Part shown: one piece after another, positions 24,684 through 31,227 of the stretch
How positions within the stretch are numbered: position 1 is the stretch's first letter
How the letters are laid out: each line of letters opens with the position of its first letter
From: Pseudomonas aeruginosa
Lineage (GTDB): Bacteria > Pseudomonadota > Gammaproteobacteria > Pseudomonadales > Pseudomonadaceae
NCBI RefSeq assembly: GCF_001457615.1
Contig: NZ_LN831024.1
Span: 3,060,001-3,092,000, forward strand
Direction: 5' to 3'
DNA: 32,000 nt
The notes under the pieces: generated by a model
Database searches by the model: none
What the model was told of the DNA's origin: nothing
What the model saw: the letters and a program-made list of their open reading frames with translations, nothing else
Position numbers and translations under genes: made by a program

Positions 24684-26001
24684 GCTTTGCCTCGGTCTTG
24701 TCCAGGGAAATCAGCAGGGTGCCGGCGATGAAGGCTGCCGAGCAGAGGGCGAAGAAGCCCAGCACCGCGGCATATCCGCCCAGGTGTTGCAGCAGCAGCC
24801 CGACCAGGATCGGCACGGCGATGCCGCCGAGGCTGCCGGCCATGTTCATCACCCCGCCGACCAGGCCGACCCGGGCCGGAGCGGCGAGCAAGGCCGGAAA
24901 GCTCCAGTACAGGCTGCCCCACATCAGGAAGAAGGCGGTCAGCGCCAGCAGGGTCACGGCGGCATAGGCATCTTCCAGGCTCGGCAACAGCAGGAAGGCG
25001 ACCAGCGCCGCGAGGCCCGAGACCGTCAGCAGGCCCTTGGCCGCCAGGCCGCGGCGCACGCCCTTGCGGATCAGCAGGTCGCAGAGGAAGCCGCCGACCA
25101 GGGAACCGACGGCGCCGCAGAGGAAGATGACGAAGGTCGCGGCGCCGATACCCTTGATATCGAAACCGCGCGCCTGCGCCAGGTAGCTAGGACCCCAGGT
25201 CAGCAGGCCGAAGAACACCATGGCCCAACTGGCGCGGCCGAGGACGATACCGACCAGGGAGCGGCCGGCGATGCCCAGTCTTCCGCCGGCCTGGCAGTCC
25301 GCTTCGGCGAGCGGGGTGGTGCGGTCGGCGTTGATCCGGCCCAGCTCGGCGGCGTTGACCCCGGGATGCTCGGCCGGGTCGTCGCGCAGGTAGTGCCAGG
25401 CCAGCCAGGCCATGGCCAGGGTGGCGATGCCGGCGATGAAGAAGGCGCTGCGCCAGGAGCCGAGCACGGCGATCAGGTAGGCGATGACCAGTCCGCCGAG
25501 AGCGACGCCCAGCGGCCCTCCGCAGTCCATCAGCACGGCGCCGCGGCTGCGTTCGCTGGAGCCCAGCCACAGCGAGTTGAGCTTGCCGCCGGAGGGGAAC
25601 AGCGGCGCTTCCGCCGCGCCCAGGGCGACCCGGGCGAACATCAGCGACAGGCCGCCGCTGGCGAAGGCCGCGAGGGTCTGGAAGGCTCCCCAGAGGCCGG
25701 TGGACCAGCCGATCACCCGGCGCGGGCCGTAGCGGTCGATCAGCCAGCCGCCGGGAATCTGCAACAGCGCGTAGGCCCAGAAGAAGCTGCTGAGGATCAG
25801 CCCCTGCATGCTCGGCGTGAGCTGGAATTCACCGGCGATGGTGGGCATGGCGATGGACAGCGAGACCCGGTCGACCAGGTTGATCACCGTCAGGGCGAAG
25901 ACGATGGCGAAGATGCGCCAGCGGACGTTGCTGGGTTTTGCGGCAGTGGCCTTGTCCTGGGCAGGATCAGCCTGGAGCACGGCGGTCTGTGCCTGAGCCA
26001 T
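24676..26001 (-). CDS. MFS transporter, anion:cation symporter family (hexuronate/glucarate-transporter-like)
   Basis: 441 aa from ATG 26001 (MAQAQTAV) with motif LVDRVSLSIAMP...GWLIDRYGPRRV. The track start 26100 lies in the promoter region. Confidence 0.9.
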   Translation of the reverse strand: MAQAQTAVLQADPAQDKATAAKPSNVRWRIFAIVFALTVINLVDRVSLSIAMPTIAGEFQLTPSMQGLILSSFFWAYALLQIPGGWLIDRYGPRRVIGWSTGLWGAFQTLAAFASGGLSLMFARVALGAAEAPLFPSGGKLNSLWLGSSERSRGAVLMDCGGPLGVALGGLVIAYLIAVLGSWRSAFFIAGIATLAMAWLAWHYLRDDPAEHPGVNAAELGRINADRTTPLAEADCQAGGRLGIAGRSLVGIVLGRASWAMVFFGLLTWGPSYLAQARGFDIKGIGAATFVIFLCGAVGSLVGGFLCDLLIRKGVRRGLAAKGLLTVSGLAALVAFLLLPSLEDAYAAVTLLALTAFFLMWGSLYWSFPALLAAPARVGLVGGVMNMAGSLGGIAVPILVGLLLQHLGGYAAVLGFFALCSAAFIAGTLLISLDKTEAKHG

Positions 26002-26009
26002 GGGTCGTA

Positions 26010-26029
26010 CCTCTTTTATTGTTGTTCTT
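26010..26029 (-). promoter_or_regulatory. AAG-AAC-AAC-AAT-AAA (five AAN repeats) fused to SD AGAGG; candidate Hfq/Crc site
   Basis: Minus strand reads CAAGAACAACAATAAAAGAGGTACGACCC-ATG. Confidence 0.5.
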
Positions 26030-26082
26030 GTGCTGCGGAACTGGGTTGGCAGGTCCGGCAGGCCCACTATCCGGCTTTCCAT

Positions 26083-26133
26083 CGATAACCGTCTAATCAA
26101 AGCTGCTCATACGGCCATTTCCTACGGTTATCG
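26083..26133. promoter_or_regulatory. Dyad CGATAACC-N35-GGTTATCG in the MFS / tctC divergent region; second copy of the operator pair
   Basis: Perfect 8-bp arms at 26083-26090 and 26126-26133, with a 35-nt spacer identical to the 21215-21265 copy. The left arm is embedded in the identical 11-mer CATCGATAACC in both copies. Confidence 0.55.
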
Positions 26134-26162
26134 CTCCAGGTATCCGACATCCGCTTCCACTC

Positions 26163-26212
26163 ATAACCCCAGGCTATCGGTGTATGCCTTATTTTGAGTG
26201 GACGCTTATCGG
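26163..26212. promoter_or_regulatory. Additional related half-sites toward tctC: ATAACCCCAGGC (26163-26174), TATCGG (26175-26180), TTATCGG (26206-26212)
   Basis: The 12-mer ATAACCCCAGGC is identical to 21217-21228. The TATCG core recurs twice more. Confidence 0.35.
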
Positions 26213-26240
26213 TGCGCTTCGCACACTCCGCTCTACCCAT

Positions 26241-26261
26241 AACAACAATGACAACCAGAGG
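26241..26261 (+). promoter_or_regulatory. AAC-AAC-AAT-GAC-AAC tract followed by SD AGAGG; candidate Hfq/Crc site
   Basis: Plus strand reads CATAACAACAATGACAACCAGAGGTCCTCC-ATG. Confidence 0.45.
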
Positions 26262-26267
26262 TCCTCC

Positions 26268-27281
26268 ATGCGTACCGCATATGCGCGCTCCGTCCCCTCC
26301 TTCCTGGCCGCTTGCGCCCTGCTCTGCTGCACCACCCTGCCCGCCCTGGCGGCTGCCTGGAAACCCGAAGAGAACCTGGAGATCGTCGTCGCCGGCGGTC
26401 CCGGTGGCGGCACCGACCAACTCGCCCGCCTGGTCCAGTCGGCGATCAGCCAGAACAAGCTGCTCGACGTCAACACCGTGGTGCTGAACAAGGGCGGCGG
26501 CAACGGCGCCGAAGCTTTCCTCGACCTGAAGCTGGCCAAGGGCAACGCGCACAAGCTGGTGATCGGCACCAACAATGTCTACCTGCTGCCGTTGGTGGCC
26601 CGGCTGGGCTACCAATGGACCGACCTGACGCCGGTGGCGGCGGTGGCCGAGGACGACTTCATCCTCTGGACCTACCAGGCGGCGCCGTGGGCGGACGCCG
26701 CGGCGTTCCTCGCCGATCTGAAGAAGGACGCGGCAGGCATGCGCTTCGGCGGCAGCCAGTCGAAGGACGTCGACCAGACTCTAAGCCTGCTGCTCGGCAA
26801 GCAGGTCGGCGGCAAGCTGACCTACATCCCCTTCAAGAGCGGCAGCGAGGCGTCCATCCAGTTGGCCGGCAGGCACATCGCCGCCAACCTCAACAACCCG
26901 GCGGAAAGCCTCAGCCAGTGGCGCGGCGGCCAGGTCCGGCCGCTCTGCGTGTTCAGCCACGAGCGCATGATCTACACCGCCAAGGTCGCTGCCGAGCAGT
27001 CCTGGGCGGACATCCCCACCTGCCACGAGCAGGGCCTGGGCATCGACCAGTACCGCTTCCCGCGCACCGTGTTCCTGCCCGGCGGAGTCAGCGACGAGCA
27101 GCGCGCCTTCTACGTCGAGTTGATGCGCAAGGTCAGCCAGACCGCCGAGTTCAGGGACTATGTCGAACGCTCGGCGCTGGCGCCGACCTTCCTCGCAGGC
27201 GAGGACCTGGTTAGCTACATCGAGAAGGACCGCCAGCGCGTCATCCCGCTGTTCCAGGAAGCCGGCTGGCTTCGCCAGTAA
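26268..27281 (+). CDS. tctC: Tripartite tricarboxylate transporter (TTT) periplasmic substrate-binding protein, TctC/Bug family
   Basis: 337 aa with a signal peptide (ACALLCCTTLPALAAA) and the GGPGGGTD motif typical of Bug/TctC. Start ATG 26268 follows the AGAGG SD. Confidence 0.9.
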   Translation: MRTAYARSVPSFLAACALLCCTTLPALAAAWKPEENLEIVVAGGPGGGTDQLARLVQSAISQNKLLDVNTVVLNKGGGNGAEAFLDLKLAKGNAHKLVIGTNNVYLLPLVARLGYQWTDLTPVAAVAEDDFILWTYQAAPWADAAAFLADLKKDAAGMRFGGSQSKDVDQTLSLLLGKQVGGKLTYIPFKSGSEASIQLAGRHIAANLNNPAESLSQWRGGQVRPLCVFSHERMIYTAKVAAEQSWADIPTCHEQGLGIDQYRFPRTVFLPGGVSDEQRAFYVELMRKVSQTAEFRDYVERSALAPTFLAGEDLVSYIEKDRQRVIPLFQEAGWLRQ

Positions 27282-27308
27282 CCCGCGTAGCGCGACCAGG
27301 AGACGAAC

Positions 27309-27839
27309 ATGTCCAGCTCATCCGATGCGCCGCTGGTCGCCACCCGCTGGGTGGAGATCGGCCTGGCGCTGTTCACCGCCGCGCTCGGCGCGATCGTCAT
27401 GTACGGCAGCCAGGATATCGGCATCGGCTGGGGCGACAGCGGCCCCGAGGCCGGCTATTTCCCCTTCTACATCGGCCTGCTGCTGAGCGCCGCCAGCCTC
27501 GGCAACCTGCTCTTGGCCCTGTGCCGCTGGCGGGCGCTGGGTACCTCGTTCGTCGCCCGCACGGCCTTTCGCCGGGTGCTTGCGGTGTTCCTGCCGATCG
27601 CCGCCTACGTGGCGGCCATGCCGTTCGCCGGGATCTACCTCGCCTCCGCGTTGTTCATCGCCTGGTTCATGTGGCGCGACCGTAGCCGCGACAAACCCTA
27701 CGGCGTGCCGCTGATCGTCACGCTGTCCTGCGGTGCGGCGCTGGCCAGCTACCTGGTCTTCGCCGTCTGGTTCAAGGTCCCGCTGGATGCCGGAATACTG
27801 GTCGACCTTGCGGCCTTCGTCGGGAGCGCCAGGCCATGA
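27309..27839 (+). CDS. tctB: TTT small membrane subunit, TctB family
   Basis: 176 aa with four hydrophobic helices. It lies between tctC and tctA with a 4-nt overlap onto tctA. Confidence 0.85.
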   Translation: MSSSSDAPLVATRWVEIGLALFTAALGAIVMYGSQDIGIGWGDSGPEAGYFPFYIGLLLSAASLGNLLLALCRWRALGTSFVARTAFRRVLAVFLPIAAYVAAMPFAGIYLASALFIAWFMWRDRSRDKPYGVPLIVTLSCGAALASYLVFAVWFKVPLDAGILVDLAAFVGSARP

Positions 27840-29356
27840 GCGAATTCGATTCCCTGATGCAGGGCATGAGCCTGGTCCTCAGCGCCCATCACCTCGGCCT
27901 GATGGTGATCGGCGTGCTGCTCGGCATCCTGGTCGGCGTGCTGCCAGGCCTCGGTGCGCCGAACGGGGTGGCGCTGCTGCTGCCGCTGACCTTCAGCATG
28001 TCGCCGGTGTCGGCGATCATCCTGCTTTCCTGCATGTACTGGGGCGCGTTGTTCGGCGGCTCGATCACCTCGATCCTGTTCAACATCCCCGGCGAGCCGT
28101 CGTCGGTGGCCACCACTTTCGACGGCTACCCGATGGCGCGCAACGGCCAGGCCGGCGAAGCGCTGACCGCCGCCTTCACCTCGGCGCTCCTCGGGGCGCT
28201 GGTCGGCGTGCTGCTGCTGACCTTCCTGTCCACCCATATCGCTCGCTTCGCCCTGGCGTTCAGCTCGCCCGAGTTCTTCGCCGTCTACCTGCTGGCGTTC
28301 TGCACCTTCATCGGCATGAGCCGCAACCCGCCATTGAAGACCCTGGTGGCGATGACCATCGGCTTCGCCATGGCCGCCGTGGGCATGGATACCGTGTCCG
28401 GCGAGCTGCGCCTGACCTTCGACCAGCCCTGGCTGCTTTCCGGGCTGAGTTTCGAGGTGGCGGTGATCGGCCTGTTCGGCATCGGCGAGATCCTCTGCAC
28501 GGTGGAGGAAGGCCTGGTGTTTCGCGGCGAGCGCGCACGCATCACGCCGATGGTGATCCTGCGTACCTGGGCCAGGCTGCCGCGCTACTGGCTGACCTGG
28601 CTGCGCAGCGCGCTGGTCGGCTGCTGGATGGGCGTCACTCCGGGCGGCCCCACCGCCGCCTCGTTCATGAGCTACAGCCTGGCGCGGCGCTTCTCGAAGA
28701 ACCGCGAGAACTTCGGCAAGGGCGAGGTGGAAGGCGTGATCGCTCCGGAGACAGCCGACCATAGCGCCGGCACCAGCGCCCTGCTGCCGATGCTGACGCT
28801 CGGCATCCCCGGCTCGGCGACCGCCGCGGTGATGCTCGGTGGCCTGATGATCTGGGGGCTGCATCCCGGGCCGACGCTGTTCGTCGAACAGCACGACTTC
28901 GTCTGGGGCCTGATCGCCAGCATGTACCTGGGCAACGTGGTCAGCCTGATCGTGGTACTGGCGACCGTGCCGCTGTTCGCCTCGATCCTGCGGATTCCGT
29001 TCGCCATCGTCGCACCGATCATCGTCATGGTCTGCGCCATCGGCGCCTACTCGGTGCACAACGCCATGCTCGACGTGGTCCTGATGCTGCTGTTCGGCGC
29101 GCTCGGCTACCTGTTCAAGAAACTCGGCTACCCCATCGCCCCGCTGGTGCTCGCCGCGGTGCTCGGCGACAAGGCCGAGGACGCGTTCCGCCAGTCGATG
29201 CTGTTCTCCGACGGGCAACTCTCGGTGTTCTGGTCCAACCCGCTGGTGGCCAGCCTGACCGGCGCGGCGCTGGCGATGCTGCTCTGGCCGTTGCTGGCGC
29301 GGTGCGCCGGGGCGCTGTTCCGGCGTGGCCGGCGGAGTCTCCGGCATGCCGCCTGA
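27836..29356 (+). CDS. tctA: TTT large permease subunit, TctA family
   Basis: 506 aa polytopic protein with conserved GVLPGLG...and GIPGSATAAVMLG segments characteristic of TctA. Confidence 0.95.
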   Translation: MSEFDSLMQGMSLVLSAHHLGLMVIGVLLGILVGVLPGLGAPNGVALLLPLTFSMSPVSAIILLSCMYWGALFGGSITSILFNIPGEPSSVATTFDGYPMARNGQAGEALTAAFTSALLGALVGVLLLTFLSTHIARFALAFSSPEFFAVYLLAFCTFIGMSRNPPLKTLVAMTIGFAMAAVGMDTVSGELRLTFDQPWLLSGLSFEVAVIGLFGIGEILCTVEEGLVFRGERARITPMVILRTWARLPRYWLTWLRSALVGCWMGVTPGGPTAASFMSYSLARRFSKNRENFGKGEVEGVIAPETADHSAGTSALLPMLTLGIPGSATAAVMLGGLMIWGLHPGPTLFVEQHDFVWGLIASMYLGNVVSLIVVLATVPLFASILRIPFAIVAPIIVMVCAIGAYSVHNAMLDVVLMLLFGALGYLFKKLGYPIAPLVLAAVLGDKAEDAFRQSMLFSDGQLSVFWSNPLVASLTGAALAMLLWPLLARCAGALFRRGRRSLRHAA

Positions 29357-29423
29357 GCCTGCGTCTGGCGGCGGGGTGGATTTCTTGTCACCCTGGGTCT
29401 CCCCGCCGCCAGCGAGATACGCC

Positions 29424-30371
29424 ATGTCCCGGATTCCCGACGCCAGCATCATCCACAGCCGCCTGCGCCTGCGCCAGTTGCGCCTGATGCTGGCCCTGGA
29501 GGAACTCGGCTCGCTGCGCCGCGCCGCCGACGAGATTGGCATGACCCAGCCGGCGGCGACCAAGATGCTCCACGAGGCCGAAGACCTGCTCGGCGTCGAG
29601 TTGTTCGAGCGTTTGCCGCGCGGCATGCGCGCGACGCCTTTCGGCGAGACGCTGATCTATTACTCGCGGATGATCTTCGCCGAGCTGTCCGGGATGCGCG
29701 AGGAACTGGTCGCGCTGGAATCCGGCAACCTCGGCCGGGTCACCGTCGGAGCGATCCCGGCGCTGGCCTCGAGCCTGCTGACGCGCACCATCGCCACCCT
29801 GAAGCAGAGTCATCCACGGCTGTCGATGAGCATCCAGGTGGACACCAGCGACGTGCTGGTCCAGGCCCTGCAACAGGACCAGCTGGACGTGGTGCTCGGA
29901 CGCATCCCCAGCGGCGCGCGCACCGACGACCTGGTGTTCGACAGCCTCGGCGAGGAAGAACTCTGCGTGGTGGTCGGCGCGCAGAACCCGTTGTCGCAGG
30001 CACGCAAGCTGGACTGGGGCGAGTTGCAGGAGCTGACCTGGGTGTTGCAGCAGCACCCCAGCCCGATGCGCGGGATCGTCAACCAGGCCTTCCACAATGC
30101 GCGCATCGACCTGCCGAGCAGTATCGTCGAGACCACCTCGATCATGACCCTGCTCTCCCTGCTGCAACAGACCGACATGATCGGCATCACTCCACGCTCG
30201 GTGATCGAGGACTACCCGGGCAAGCACCTGCTGGCGATCCTGCCGATCCAGCTGGAGCCGCGCCTGCCGCCCTACGGCCTGATCACCCGACGCAACCGGG
30301 TCCACTCCTCGGCCATGCAGACCTTCATGGCCAGCGTACATGCCGAACAGGCGCGGCACCTGGCGAAGTGA
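29424..30371 (+). CDS. LysR-family transcriptional regulator
   Basis: N-terminal wHTH (LRQLRLMLALEELGSLRRAADEIGMTQPAATKMLHEAE..LGVELFER) plus a LysR substrate-binding domain. Start set at ATG 29424; the track start 29325 overlaps tctA. Confidence 0.9.
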   Translation: MSRIPDASIIHSRLRLRQLRLMLALEELGSLRRAADEIGMTQPAATKMLHEAEDLLGVELFERLPRGMRATPFGETLIYYSRMIFAELSGMREELVALESGNLGRVTVGAIPALASSLLTRTIATLKQSHPRLSMSIQVDTSDVLVQALQQDQLDVVLGRIPSGARTDDLVFDSLGEEELCVVVGAQNPLSQARKLDWGELQELTWVLQQHPSPMRGIVNQAFHNARIDLPSSIVETTSIMTLLSLLQQTDMIGITPRSVIEDYPGKHLLAILPIQLEPRLPPYGLITRRNRVHSSAMQTFMASVHAEQARHLAK

Positions 30372-30452
30372 GCGGCACTAGCACAAATGAGCTAATAGCC
30401 GCGAGCCGGCTGGACCTCTAACATCCTGCGGCATTTCAACGGAGTGAATGCC

Positions 30453-30929
30453 ATGCCCTCGATCAAGCCCTTCGGTCTCGCCCTGCTCGTCCTCGGTCTC
30501 AGCGCCTGCGCCTCCCTCGGTCAGTCGGGGAATCGCGACAACGAGGTCAAGGTCGCCGCGCAGAAGCTCATCGGCCAGCCCGCCGGCAAGGCCTTCGAAC
30601 TGTTCGGCAAGCCCGACCAGGGCCTCGGCCCTTCGTCCTACGGTAGCGGCGGCTTCTACGCCTGGAACCGCGTGCGGACCCACATGGGGCCGGACAAGGT
30701 CTTCATACAGACCGGCACCGAGTACGTCGGCCAGCGCGAGACCTGGGTCGGCGTCGGTGGCCAGGGGGTCGCCGGCATGGCGCCGGTGAGTAGCGAGGCG
30801 GTCTATCGCAAGACCGGCTACTACGAGAACGAGACCATCCTCGACTATTTCTGCAGCATCACCCTGTACACCGACAGCCGGGACATCATCACCAACGCCA
30901 GTGTGATCGACTGCCGGGACAGCCGCTGA
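30453..30929 (+). CDS. Lipoprotein of unknown function
   Basis: Lipobox LGLSAC after a hydrophobic h-region. GGAG SD lies 8 nt before ATG 30453. Two further Cys residues lie near the C terminus. I recognise no family. Confidence 0.75.
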   Translation: MPSIKPFGLALLVLGLSACASLGQSGNRDNEVKVAAQKLIGQPAGKAFELFGKPDQGLGPSSYGSGGFYAWNRVRTHMGPDKVFIQTGTEYVGQRETWVGVGGQGVAGMAPVSSEAVYRKTGYYENETILDYFCSITLYTDSRDIITNASVIDCRDSR

Positions 30930-30947
30930 CGGGGCCGCCGGGCCCCG
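30930..30947 (+). terminator. GC hairpin (CGGGGCC-GCCG-GGCCCCG) right after the lipoprotein stop, followed by a pyrimidine/T-rich tail
   Basis: 7-bp stem with a tetraloop, then GCCTTCCTTCTCG. The U-tract is imperfect. Confidence 0.45.
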
Positions 30948-31045
30948 GCCTTCCTTCTCGACGACGAACCCCCGACGCGGAAGCCCTGCGGATCATGGCG
31001 TTACGCTATCGTTTTTTATTTCCTTGAATCCTTGTTTTCATACCT

Positions 31046-31066
31046 CTTATTTCGTCTGGAAATAAG
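31046..31066. promoter_or_regulatory. AT-rich inverted repeat CTTATTTC-N5-GAAATAAG in the promoter region of the ABC-transporter gene
   Basis: Perfect 8-bp arms inside an approximately 100-bp AT-rich island (about 31000-31100), 160 nt upstream of the SBP start. Confidence 0.35.
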
Positions 31067-31227
31067 ATAGATCGATTCATTCTTTTCTCCCGACCCTTGG
31101 CCCCTGCCAAACTCCCTTCGCCACGGGATACCCCCGCGCCGACATGGCGGCATTCCCATCCGGAATGTCCGCCCCACATTGCAAGGCCCTGATCGTCGAT
31201 CGCGGCCGACAAGGAGCTGGAACTTTC

